Assembly: GCF_006345805.1 (NCBI RefSeq)
Contig: NC_042997.1
Coordinates: 142,290,001 to 142,354,000, forward strand
Direction: 5' to 3'
DNA: 64,000 nt
From: Octopus sinensis
Taxonomy: Eukaryota
Part shown: piece after piece, positions 51,641 to 64,000 of the stretch
How the letters are laid out: each line of letters begins with the position of its first letter
How positions within the stretch are numbered: the stretch's first letter is position 1
The notes under the pieces: generated by a model
Told to the model about the DNA's origin: nothing
The model's database searches: none
The model's input: only the letters and a program-made list of their open reading frames with translations
Position numbers and translations under genes: made by a program

Positions 51641-52836
51641 TTGCCTAAGTTTGAGATTTTAGGGAGATTTTGCTGCTTTTTCTTGCAGACCAAGTATCCA
51701 ATTAGTCTCTCTCCTTAGCTCATATGTATTTTGTTGAGAATCAATTGGTGGAGTGTGAACTTTTGTTCATAACATTCTCACAACTTCAAACATTTTCTTA
51801 TTAGAAGCAATGAAAATTGGAAAAAAAAATCTTTGGATGTCTATGTTATCAAATCTATGTTAAAAGTGCAATAAAAATTAAGAGTAATAATCAACTTTTT
51901 AGAGTGTTTACATACAGTCTGTGTTCCAAATAGCAGTTTAATATAGTAGGCAAATCTAAAGTGTTCTTTTAAATTTATATATATAGATGAAATATATTTT
52001 TCACCTTCTATTTATGAAGAAAAGAAAGATGTTGACTTGCCATTTTTTTTAAAAGATATTTCTTTTGATGCAAGAACTGGAGAGGCTTTGTTCTCAGAGA
52101 TTCATTGCGAAATAGTCAATGAAACTCTCAGATGAAATAGCATTTTTTTTTTTACATGTAATCTATAATCTATTTTCTTTACACAACTTCACTCTGTATA
52201 CATATGTGTCTGTAACTACATATGCATACAACATTAATATATTTATCTGTACATGCATACACTTGTTTCCCATAGGGTTGTATGGGAATTGCTAAGTTTC
52301 CATTTTATATTTCATCTTGTCTTTGTTAGTCGTTGAGATATTTTTCTAACTACAGGAAATGTTCACTTAGGAAATCAACTCATTATTATAGATTAAATAG
52401 CAACTAAAAGGAGATCATTGGGCAGTTGCAGCAGTATTAGTAGAAGCATACATGGTTTGAAGCTGTTTAGGTTTAGCAAGAGAGTGTAAGAATAATACTT
52501 TGACAGATTCAGACATGTTCAGTTTTTTCATTGATTTTTAGGTATTGTATCTTTATAGCTAGCCATCTATCCTCTCTGTGTCTCTTGAAATATTTCTTTC
52601 TTCTTCATTCTTGACAAGTGATATTTGTTCCATTTTCTAACTTCAGTTTTTGGTATTATATATAACATGTATTTTATATCATCTGATGTCAAATAGGGAC
52701 TGAATCATATCAAGGGTCCCCCTCCCATAAAAAATGAGGTTAACAATTCAATTTTTTTGTCAGCATGATTTTTTTTCCCTAAGATATTAAGTCATTATTC
52801 TATTCTAGCATTGGTTTCTTTTAGCAAATTTATATA

Positions 52837-52897
<61 letters not shown>

Positions 52898-54090
52898 AAC
52901 GGGCATATATTCGGAGTGTGCTAGGTGTGTGCTGCACATCCATCAAAAATGGCAAATTCATTATAAATATTAACATTGCTCATTAATTTAATCACAAATC
53001 TTAATGGAAAATTTTTTGTTATGCTCCTGTTTGAAATTTAGTGGGATTGGGTGTGCTGTCACACTCAATACAACAACCACCATATGCCACTGATATATAT
53101 ATGAATGTCAAGGACTTTTCCATTTTCCTGAGCACCTTGTTTGTTGTTCCCTTACCTGTCTCTGTCCTCTGTGTTTGGTTTTTTTTTTTGTGCATTTGAA
53201 CCATATATATAAAGAGAGAGAGTTTGAAAGAAAAAGCTGGCAAGCTTGCAATCATCTGACAAAATTGCAGTTCTTTCAGCTCTTTATGTTCTGAGTTCAA
53301 ATCCTGCCAAAGTTATCTTTGCTTTTCATCCCTTCAGTGTTGATAAAATAAAGTACCTTTTAAAAAGTGGAGGGTTGGGGTTATTAAATCAACTACTCTC
53401 CTCCCTTCAAAATTCCTGGCTTGAACTCTGCAATGGAGAAGCATCCGATTTAGGTGATGAGGAATATGATCTTATTCATTTATCCATCATGAATCTGGGT
53501 AACTGGCATTATGAGTCTTATGATATAGATAGAAAGATAGTCAGATAGGAACTGTTTTTTGAGCAATTGTTTTTATTGCTTGACTCTTTTCCATTCAGCT
53601 GTGAATGTAGGCAAACTGGAGCAAGGTTGCCTAGATTGCTCAGAGGCACATCATTGTGGATAATTTATTATTCAGACTGTGTAAGGTTAAGGCACTAGGG
53701 TTTGTGGTAATAAGTTCAAATCTTGCTACAACCGTTGTGTAAGGTGTGTCATTTTATGCATTCCAGTTTACCTTAGTGATTAATAACTAGAATGACTTCT
53801 ACTTCACTGTCGTGTGGTTATGTGGTGAGTTACAGGTAGGCAAGAAGTAGACATCACTAATAAATGTTTCAGCAAAACTTTCATTCCAACTATGGGAGCA
53901 TAAGGGAAAATAAAAAGATTCATTGCATTTGGTAGATTTAAATGTGTTTGATTTTAGACTATCCTAATACAACATTGCTGTAGTTACTGATCTTTTATCT
54001 TTTACTTGAAGATATATTTAAAACAAAATGAAAACATAAAAATAGGAAGAATACAGTGTACGATTATAGTTAAAAATGTATACACAGTTA

Positions 54091-54505
54091 GGCGCGGGAG
54101 TGGCTGTGTGGTAAGTAGCTTGCTAATCAACCACATGGTTCCGGGTTCAGTCCCACTGCGTGGCATCTTGGGCAAGTGTCTTCTGCTATAGCCTCGGGCC
54201 GACCAATGCCTTGTGAGTGGATTTGGTAGACAGAAACTGAAAGAAGCCTGTCATATATATGTATATATATATATATGTGTGTGTGTGTGTATGTGTTTGT
54301 GTGTCTGTCTTTGTCCCCCAAGCATTGCTTGACAACCGATGCTGGTGTATTTACGTCTCTGTCACTTAGCGGTTCGGCAAAAGAAACCGATAGAATAAGT
54401 ACTGGGCTTACAAAGAATAAGTCCCGGGGTCGATTTGCTCAACTAAAGGCGGTGCTCCAGCATGGCCGCAGTCAAATGACTGAAACAAGTAAACGAGTAA
54501 AAGAG
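54091..54505 (+). mobile_element. Family A SINE, full length, young
   Basis: Near-consensus, followed by (TATC)n(TA)n to about 54620. Confidence 0.9.
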
Positions 54506-54519
54506 TATATCTATATATC

Positions 54520-54608
<89 letters not shown>

Positions 54609-57460
54609 TTATTTATATATTTATAAGCACAGTGGGTTTTTTTTTTTTTTACTAAAAACTTTCAAGCTGATGCCACAACATGGCTGCAGTCCTGTGAATG
54701 AATAAAGTAAAAGTTAAAAGGTTATTTTCAAAATAAATTGAAACCAAGTTAGTGAATTTCAACAGAAGTATAACAACAAACAGATTAAAAGCTATGTGCA
54801 ACTTTGATAAAAAATTAAAAACTTTTTATCAACAAGGTTTAGTACAGTTGATCTTTTGCTTAATTTATTGCTTGTTAGTGTTTAAGAGAAAAACATGAAT
54901 GAGCAGAGAATTCCAGGTGGTTACAATCTTAGAAGAATTAGACATGTTTAGGACAGGTCAATGAGAGTAATAAATAGAGAAATTAATGCGCTGATGTGAT
55001 TTATGTTGGGACTTTATATAACTTCAAGCTGTAACTAATATGGAAGTTAACACTCCTGCGTTGCATACTTAAACTAAGGTCTTGTGGTACAAGTCTTTAT
55101 TAGAGTATACAAAGTCATAAAAGTAACTATGTTGCATAGAAATTCATTATATTCCATTTGATTTTATGTCCATTTTTCCAGGCAGGCGTGGGTTAGATGA
55201 ATATATTAATGAAGTGCTGTTTTACAGCCAGATGTCCTTCCTGTCTCTAATTCTTACTGACTTTATAAGTAAAGGATCTCTTGTTCCACATGTCTTCAAA
55301 GGTTCAAGGGCAGCAGACAGGAAATGATAAAAACATCACTGCTCTTATCTTAGGAATTTTCAGAGAAGTTCAAATGTAAATGCATACACACATGCATTTA
55401 AATGCATGCACAAGCAGCACCCTTCTTTCAAATCCCATCTTCCAAATCTGTTCACAAGGGTGGGTTTGGGTTAGAGTCAGAGACAGTTGCCCATGGTGCT
55501 ATGCAGTGAAACTGAACTTGAAACCATGTTGCTAGGAAGTTAAGTTCTTTACCCCACATCCACCCATGCCTGCATTTAACATTGAAGGCAAATATATGTT
55601 TGGAATCCATATCTTTCGGCCAGCCACTGTAAGATCCAAAGCTCACACCAGCCTTAACCTGATTTTGCTGATGAGAAACAGTTGTAACTCTTTGAGAGAG
55701 TATCATGAGTAACTTGAAAAGGATAATAAGACTAGCAAGCAGCCTTGTATAAGTACATGTAATGTGAGACATATTTGGTTGCTGTCTCTAGCAGGTTGGA
55801 TGACCATATAGGACTTGTAGGCATATATGCTGTTGGTGACTGAAGGATTGGTTAATGGGTAGATAATTAGTCTTTTCTTTTTCAAAACTCTCTTTCTGTT
55901 TGTGCATGTGTGTTTGCTTCCAAAACATGTTAGCAGCACTCTGTTTAGTGTGTATATTCTCTTTGTGTAGAGTTATCAGCTGTTCAGGGTTACATTATTT
56001 ACTGACTCCATGGAAAGAGAGGGGAGCCTGATATTTGATGAATAATTTAGGCTATGTGAAAGATGTGCTGTAGTTTCAGCTGTGTCTTATTTGTGTTATC
56101 TTAAGATATGTATTAGCTTTGCTATAATAGTATTGATTATTACTATACTGAATACATTAAAATATATTACTACTACGAATTAAAATATATTACTACTAAT
56201 AAAATATATTTTAATACATTTAAATATATTACTATTCATCATCATTTTCATCAGCATCATTTAATGTCCGTTTTCCATGCTAGTATGGTTTGGATGATTC
56301 AACCGGGGTCTGGGAAGCCAGGAGGCTGCACCAGGCTCCAGTCTGATCTGGCAGTTTTTCTACAGTTGGATGCCCTTCCTAATGCCAACCACTCCATTAG
56401 TGTAGTGGGTGCTTTTTATGTGCCATCGGCATAGGGGCCAGAGGAGGCTGGCAAACAGCCATGATTGGTTGGTGCTTTCTACGTGTCACCGGCACGGATG
56501 CCAGTCAAGGCAGCGTTGGCATCAGCCGCAATAATTAAAATATATTACTACTAAAGGTTTGCACATCAAACTTCAAAATTTATAATTCAAATAATTATCA
56601 AGGTGGTACTCCAGCATGGCCACAGTCCATTAACTGAAGCAAGTAAAAGGTAATGGTAATTATTTAATTGATATATTTAGAAATTTGATATAATAATTAC
56701 TATGATAAGTTAAATTGTTTAAAATTATTTTGCTGTAAACATTTTCCTACATGAACCTTAAACAGCAATATTTGTTTTAAAATGCTGAAATCTGCCCATT
56801 TTAGGATTATTCTCTGAGAAACATGCTGCCTTTTATGTATGTACCTGTCTTTGAATACTCCTCAGACAGGAGTACTTAGAATACTGTGTACTCCTATCAC
56901 TCCTCTCTGTATCACATATCTCTCCAATCACTGTCATTCATGCCTCTATCACTAATGCTTTTCACTCAGCAAAAAGGCTGGCAAGCAAGCAGAGATGTAG
57001 GGTTGTGAGGTTCCTTTAGTCATGTGAAGTATATAGCTACCTCTCTAGTGATGGTGTCATGAAAAGTGCACTGTTAAAAGTGAGGTTGTGAAGGTTTTAT
57101 TGGCTTGTTGAGGACATGATACCTCTCTAGTGCTGGTGCCATTATATAAAGCATCCATTACTATCAGTAGAGTGGTTTTTGTTAGGAAGGGCATCCAACC
57201 ATAGAAACCAAACCAAAAATAAAACGACAGATAAAATCCCCCCAGATATCTATAGGAATAGTACCCCTCATATACATGCTGACTCTGACTGTGGCAAGCT
57301 ATCCAACATGGAAAGCAAATGAAAAACATTGAAAATGATAATGAAACAATACTCGATTTGCATGTATTTTTGGAGGTGTATTGTAAAGTAATTAAGTATT
57401 TCTATTCTTTAGCCATAATATTATTTTTAGGTTAAATTATTTTTTTTTATTATCCTACGT

Positions 57461-57857
57461 AGGAGTGGCTGTGTGGTAAGTAGTTTGCTTACCAACCTCA
57501 TGGTCCCGGGTTCAGTCCCACTGCGTGGCACCTTGGACAACTGTCTTCTACTACAGCCTCGGGCCGACCAAAGCCTTGTGAGTGGATTTGGTACATGGAA
57601 ACTGAAAGAAGCCCGTCATATATATGCATATGTATATATATATGCGTATATGTATATGTTTGTGTGTCTGTGTTCGCCCCCCAACATTGCTTGACAACTT
57701 ATGCTGGTGTGTTTGCGTCCCCGTAACTTAGCAGTTCAGCAAAAGAGACTGATAGAATAAGTACTAGGGTTACAAAGAATAAGTCCTGGGGTCAATTTGC
57801 TCGACTAACGCCGTTGCTCCAGCATGGCCAGTCACATGACTGAAACAAGTAAAAGAG
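57461..57857 (+). mobile_element. Family A SINE, full length
   Basis: Near-consensus. Confidence 0.9.
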
Positions 57858-58075
57858 TACTGCAACTATTATGCTGTGTACCTAAACAAAACTCACAACC
57901 CTAATTGTTCCTGTGTAAAATTTGTAATCTACATTAGCACCAATGATAATACTACTTAAAGAAGAGTTTGTTGAGTATCAATAAGTTTCCTTGCTGCAAG
58001 ATTATTCTACATCAAAGGAGGACCATAGCATAAAAAATATCAGCTTTTACCACTCCTCATGGCTAATGAACTTAC

Positions 58076-58132
58076 TGATACTAACAAACTCTCCCATGTT
58101 AACATGTTTCGGTTTGCTCAAATAACATAAAA
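58076..58132 (-). CDS. Candidate 57-nt phase 1-1 exon (xLCYLSKPKHVNMGEFVSI), product unknown
   Basis: Long polypyrimidine acceptor ending TTTTCGTAG and donor GTAAGT. Only one frame is open. Confidence 0.3.
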
Positions 58133-59309
58133 CTACGAAAAAAGAGAAAGAGCTTACGGAAACTAATGATAGTCTGTATAGACAGAAATCATTTAATAAA
58201 ATTTGAAAATTTAGATAAGCTTCTTGAAATTAAAAACAAATTCTCTGAAGATTTCTGCTCCAGACATCAGTATTCATGTCTGAACAATCTAAATTTGTAA
58301 ACTTAACTGAAAAGAGGTTCCAATCTTTTTGCAGTAATTATTCTAAGTGAATATGGTTGTGTTAAGACTGTAGATATAGGTCATTCATTCATTTATGTTG
58401 TATGTAAGTTGTAGTTGGTATATGGTATTTTAGTCTGAAGAAAAACATACTAATTAATTAGAAAAAGTGGATATGTATTGTGATGTAGAACATATGTAGG
58501 ATAATGTTTTATGATTAGCCACAAGAGTTTTCATGTGATAATATGCATTTCTAAGGCTACATTTAGTGTTTTACAAATTGAATCAAAGGAAATAATTGAA
58601 GAATGAGTTCATACAAGTAACTGATCATACTGATTAGAAATAAATAGTGCTCAACATCATTTTAACAAAAGGAAATATTTTAAGCTGAAATTTACAAGAC
58701 TACAATTTGAGAAGTTTCTTATAAGTTTATCTTAAGTATGTTCAAGTAAGATTGTATTAGTAAACAATATAGCACAATGCATCAGAATGTAATATGAAGT
58801 AGTTCTCCTGTAGCAATTTGCAGTACTATTGCAAATAGCTACAAGAGAACTGTAGAGGATCAACTATGGAAGCCTCAAAGTGATGCATCAAATTTTGAAA
58901 TTTATTTCATAAAATAAATAAACTTTATTTAGTAAAATAGATAGAGAATAAAGTGAGCTTGAATATGATGCTGTTGGGTTTTTTGCACCAGGATACAGAA
59001 TTACATATGTAAAATTTATTACTTGGCAATTAACAAAGCACAAACTGTTATAAATAGCACTTAGTGACATTGGGAAGGCCTTGGACAATGTTCCATGCTC
59101 TGCATTGTACTGACCACTAAGAAAACAAGATGTTAATCAACGACTTCTGCAGGATGGTCTGTTTAGAGAGAAATTTATAACTTCTGGCTTAGTTTTCATA
59201 ATATGGACAAAAGTCTAAACACCTAAACATCAGCATTTCAAAGGCCTAAGGGTTAGTTAGTAAGAGGAGGAGGAGAGCACAATATCCCAATGACGTTTGG
59301 AAAGTAACC

Positions 59310-59341
<32 letters not shown>

Positions 59342-59570
59342 GTTAATGTCTGCTTTTCTATGCTTGCATGAGTTAGATGGAATTTGTTGAGAGCTAAATT
59401 TTCTATGGCTGGATGCCCTTCCTGTTGCCAACCCTCACCTGTTTCCAAGTAAGGTAATATTTCTCCATGGTCAGATATGTTTGCACAAAAGAGTTGAAAT
59501 GAAGAACACTTACATACAATTATCATGTGATGTCAAAGCAAGGGGACAGTGACACATGTATTCACACACA

Positions 59571-59618
<48 letters not shown>

Positions 59619-59623
59619 ATATA

Positions 59624-59800
59624 CAGGGTGGCCCAAAAGTAGTCTTATAGTTATTCAACTATCTCTTTCGCATTCATATATTAACAGTTTAGATCATAAT
59701 TATAAAAAAATATGAAACTATTATTCTATGTAATAAAATGTTTTAAAAGAAATTTAAAGTGCCTACATGATAACTGTAAACCTACTTTCGGGCCACCCTG
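59624..59800. mobile_element. Tc1/mariner-type MITE
   Basis: TIRs CAGGGTGGCCCAAAAGTAG and CTACTTTCGGGCCACCCTG, TA on both flanks, 177 bp, no ORF. Confidence 0.85.
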
Positions 59801-62800
59801 TATATATACACACATACACACTCACACAATGGGCTTTGCCCAAAACCATGTAGTTGGGAAGTGAACTTCTTACCACACAGCAATGCCTGATCCTATCTAA
59901 AAATTTTGTATTTTATATTGCTTTTGCTGTATGGCTCCAGGTCAATCATGACTTATCAAATCTGTGATTAAAGGCTTTCCAACTATAAAACCATTCCTTG
60001 TTAATTCATTTAAAATTTTTTATTCTTTATTCTTTTTTGTGTATCAGGAATTACAGTCTGGTGTGTTCTTCAGTTTTAAAGATAGATGATCAAGGGATAG
60101 TTTTAGCAGTTTAAGCAACTGCAGAGAGATTCCTTCACTGGTTTGATGAGTTATGAGTGAGAAAAATATGTATATAAATAGGAGCAGTGAGATCTCTGTC
60201 AGATAACAAAGAAGCAGAACTTAAAATATGATCGATGCATATGAGTTGTTAGTTGTAGAAGTACCTCTGAAATAAGTTCTTTGAACTGTTCAAGAAGCTT
60301 GCTAGGAATTTAAGAGACAAAAGAAAAGAAAAGCTTGTTGGACAGTTATTGTCCTAAATGTCATAGTATGAAGACAATATCCAAAATATTTAAAAATAGT
60401 AAGTCATTGAAGACTAAATGCCTTGAGAGTGAATTTGGTGGATGGAATCTATATTAAGCTTGTGTGTGTGGAAATGTACATGAATTTTGATTTTTGATCA
60501 TCATCATTGAGCAAAGTAGTGCTGATGATAACATTCCTTGTTGATATTTTGACCAGTAGCTCTGCACTTTCAAAGATCTGTGAAATATAAAAATCCATTA
60601 TCTGTAAAAAACAGGTGAAGGTTGGTGACAGGAATAGCATTCAGCTGTGAAATACTGTCTCAAAAATCAGTTCCTGTCTGAGCCTTGTTACCTTAGAAAA
60701 ATAGTGTAAACAAACAAATGAATGTTTGTTTTCACCCATTTAAGACCATATTTACAAAGGAATTATACAGTACCTATGTATTTCAATTATTTTTGTAAAT
60801 AATCAAGGATTTGGTAGGATTTAATAAAATAATCAATTTATGAGAATGTAAAGTGATTAAGAAATTGTATGATGTCCACAATTATAAAAACAAAATTATC
60901 AACACTAAACATTTGTACTTTCATCTGTATTCTGCAATTCTCAAATGCATCTCAATATTCATATGACAACACAGTCACACTTAGATATAGGGCTACCACA
61001 TATTTACATCCCAACTTCAATCATATCAATAAGCTTAGGTCCTAATTCCAAAATAACAAGCTAAGGAATGATAAACACTAATCTTCATTCTTCATGGACA
61101 CAATGATATTTTTGAAAATTGAATATTTAATCTTAGCTACATGTTATTTCACTACAGTGTAGCAAAGCTTTTCACATTAAAAATGTCTAATTAATTTCAG
61201 TTTACAAATTTTATAATCCTGTTTATTTGTTCTTCTAACTAGTATTAATGGCAAAAAAAATATTTTAGTTTAATATTTAAATTGAAGTTATATTAATGAC
61301 TTCCATTTATCACATTGAATTCAAAAGAAATTGCTGCACTAAAGAATATATCATCACCATCACCATTTAACAAACATCTTTCCTATGCTGGCATGCATCA
61401 CATGAAATTTGTTGAGGCAGAGTCTTCTACAGCCAGATGCCCTTCCTGTCACTAACTCTCACCTGTATCCAAGCGAGGTAATATTTTCCCATAGCTAGAT
61501 ATGCTTTTTATTTTACAGAAAGCTGGAAACAAATAACTGTTTGTATGGCAGTGATGCTCAGTTACAACAACCATGTGATATCTAGACAATGTAACACACA
61601 AACATACACATATATATTCAACGGGCTTCTTTTTACCAAATCTACTCACACAGCTTTGGTTGGCTTGGAGTTATAGTATATGACGCTTGCCCAAGGTGCC
61701 ACACAGTAGGACTGAACCCAAGACCACATTGTTAGGAAGTAAGCTTCTTAACTACACAACCACACTTTAATCTATATTTCATATGAAATGGTACAGTGGC
61801 TTTGAGGTTATAGTGGTAGATTATTGTTAATATGAGTCATGAGCTCAAGATGGTGAGCTGGTAGTAACGTTAGTATCCCAGGCAAAATGCTTAGTGGCAT
61901 TTCGTCCATATTTATATTCTGAGTTTAAATTCCATCAAGGTCAACTTTGCTTTTCAGTCTTTCAGGATTGATAAAATAAGTACCAGTCAAGCATTGTAGT
62001 CAATATAATTGTCTACCCCTATCTCCCGAAATAGCTGGCCATGTGCCTAAATTTAAAAATGATATTAGTTATGAGTTCAAATATTTACTACAGCCATTGT
62101 GTTGTCCTTGTTAGGTACAGCATATTACATGTTTCCTTTGGTCTGTCTAGATAATTCAATTCAACTGTTCCTCAAGGAATGATTAGCAGTATGTTACAGT
62201 ATATACAACCAGTTTTGTCTTACAATATCGTAACACTACGAAATTGCTTAGTAGCCCCAGGGATACAGGGCCCCTATGCTAGTCTATGTATTTTGTAACT
62301 TACAGTCAGTATATAAGTGTAGGGATCCAAATGCATTGCTTTTCCCAGGGGCCTATAATTGTTTAGGATAGCCTTGTATACAACTACCAAATCACATGGT
62401 CCTGCCATTTGTAAATATCCAAATTTTCTTAACTTACTGACCCAAGTAAGAATAAACAATTGATCTAAAACAAAAATAAGTACATCAAAGTAAATTGAAG
62501 GTTAAAAGCAGGTTTCACTTAAGTCATTGTGACTTGCATAAGATAAAGATTCAAGCCATACTGACATCTGCCTGTTTTTAGTTTTTGACATTATCTTTCT
62601 GTAGATGTAATTTACAGGTGTGTGTGTATATATATATATATATTTATTAATATTTAGCAGAAGTAACAGAGTGACTCAAAGTTTGAAAGTTTCATGCATT
62701 AACACTTATTTGATAAGTGCCAATGCATAAAATTCTCAGACCTTGAGTCACACTGTTACTTCTGCTAAATATCAATATAAATATACATATACTTTTTTGA

Positions 62801-62831
62801 GTTCTATTTTTCCTGTTTGCGTGATTATACT

Positions 62832-62891
<60 letters not shown>

Positions 62892-62892
<1 letters not shown>

Positions 62893-63085
62893 ACCGTTGG
62901 CAATTTTTTTCCTCTGTCTTCCCTTCTTTGGATCTTTCCTTTTCCTATGTTTCTGACGAAGAGCTCTGCTCGAAACATTAAACTCTCCTTCTTTCCTTCC
63001 TTCCTGAACGTCCAATAATACTATATTTGTTCCACGTCTTCGCGTTGTTGTGTTTTCTCTTTGTGTTTTCATGTTTGGATTAACT
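62892..63085 (+). mobile_element. Putative Penelope-like element terminal-repeat fragment carrying the hammerhead
   Basis: About 190 bp pyrimidine-rich segment that keeps several CpGs, sits between (TA)n/(TG)n and (TA)n tracts and contains the hammerhead. Minimal hammerheads are characteristic of Penelope-like element repeats. The family call is inference. Confidence 0.45.
62949..62983 (+). ncRNA. Minimal type I hammerhead ribozyme motif (probably inactivated copy)
   Basis: Reads GTTT-CTGACGA-A-GAGC-TCT-GCTC-GAAA-C-A-T-T-AAAC. It has both conserved core boxes (CUGANGA, GAAA), a 4-bp stem II (GAGC/GCTC) and stem I (GTTT/AAAC) around a UH site. Stem III reads ACAT where the palindrome ACGT is expected. 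Confidence 0.65.
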
Positions 63086-63861
63086 ATATATATATATATT
63101 AGTTAGGGTAAATCCCAGTTGTTTCCTCTTGAAGCACATCTACTTATTCCAATATTCCTATTAATATGTATCCATAGTTGGTGCTGTATTTGAGTCAAAG
63201 AGCATATCAAAATTGAAAATTATGTAAAATCTATTTGCAGAGTTAAGAACAATTATAATAATAATTATTCTTTATCTGAAGACTTTCTAATAGGATCTTT
63301 GTTTCTTATTAGCAAATGAAGCATGTGTAATGGAAAATAAATACTGCCGAAAGATTCCCATTTTCATATTTTATTATATACATACATACATATATATATA
63401 TAGTTGAAAAAAGATTAGAGATGTGTACACATCAAATTTTTATACTTAAAGGACGGAGATGGAAACAGCACAGAAGTAAATCTAAGACATTTCAATTTAG
63501 AAAGAATTTAATAAAATGATTTTAAAATTATATATAGAATATATAGAATATTACCAATTTTTATGAGGAATTTCATCTTATCAAATATTAATAAAACATT
63601 GAAGTAAAAGCAGTTTGTATTTATCTTCTGTTTGGTGATCAGAATATGTCTGGAGTTTTTTTCGTTAAAGTCTTCTTTAATATAGAAAGGGCATTCAACA
63701 CAACACACACACACACACACAGCTGTACATAAAACCCATTCAATAAATGCTTTTAAGCCACTCTCTCAGCAGGAACCCACAGAGATTTTTTTTTTAGACA
63801 ATAGACAACTACACCCTCCTCTCTTTCTCTCTAACACCTTGATCTCTATACCAAACTATAT

Positions 63862-64000
63862 TTAACCCTTTAGCATTCAGATTATTTTGTCAGATGTAAT
63901 GTTTATTTATTCACATTGTTTTGAATCAACCATGCATTATCTCATAACTTCACGATTTCAATGATGTGATTGTTTATTTTTCAAAATCACATTGTGGGAT
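63862..64000. mobile_element. piggyBac-type MITE (P1), runs off the window
   Basis: Starts TTAACCCTTTAGCATTCAGATT and matches the 50121 copy. Confidence 0.75.

Noticed and set aside
53420-53700. Protein-like ORF tail (GEASDLGDEEYDL...) and apparent splice sites
   Set aside because: The 5' part of the ORF is a family D SINE, and 53590-53660 resembles a decayed reverse family C body. No independent support.
62255-62375. GC-rich GGGCCCC blocks here and at about 26070-26140 and 2310-2350
   Set aside because: They look like single ends of hAT-type MITEs, but I could not pair TIRs or find TSDs.

Overview
AT-rich eukaryotic DNA dense in microsatellites and TEs. The SINE families and repeat landscape point to a coleoid cephalopod, most likely Octopus (inference, not verified). 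I cannot confidently identify a protein-coding gene. Almost every ORF in the supplied track comes from SINEs, decayed LINEs or microsatellites. A few short segments have good splice signals and could be exons of a large-intron gene, reported at low confidence. The window holds four dispersed families: A (tRNA-head SINE with an internal TA/TG microsatellite), B ((GAT)n-tailed, RTE-related), C (second tRNA-head SINE) and D (tRNA-like-head SINE with an (ATT)n tail). It also holds piggyBac-, hAT- and Tc1/mariner-type MITEs with recognisable TIRs and TSDs, and fossil RTE and CR1/L2-type LINE fragments. The main observations are: (1) a minimal type I hammerhead ribozyme motif at 62949-62983, plus a more degenerate one at about 33726-33750; (2) a four-layer nest at 22787-23740, where a hAT MITE contains a SINE that contains a two-piece inverted templated insertion joined by microhomology; (3) several compact fold-back structures that could be ADAR substrates; (4) a possible frameshifted exon at 39130-39364. 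Repeat boundaries were placed by eye and are approximate (about +/-10-20 bp unless TIRs or TSDs fix them).
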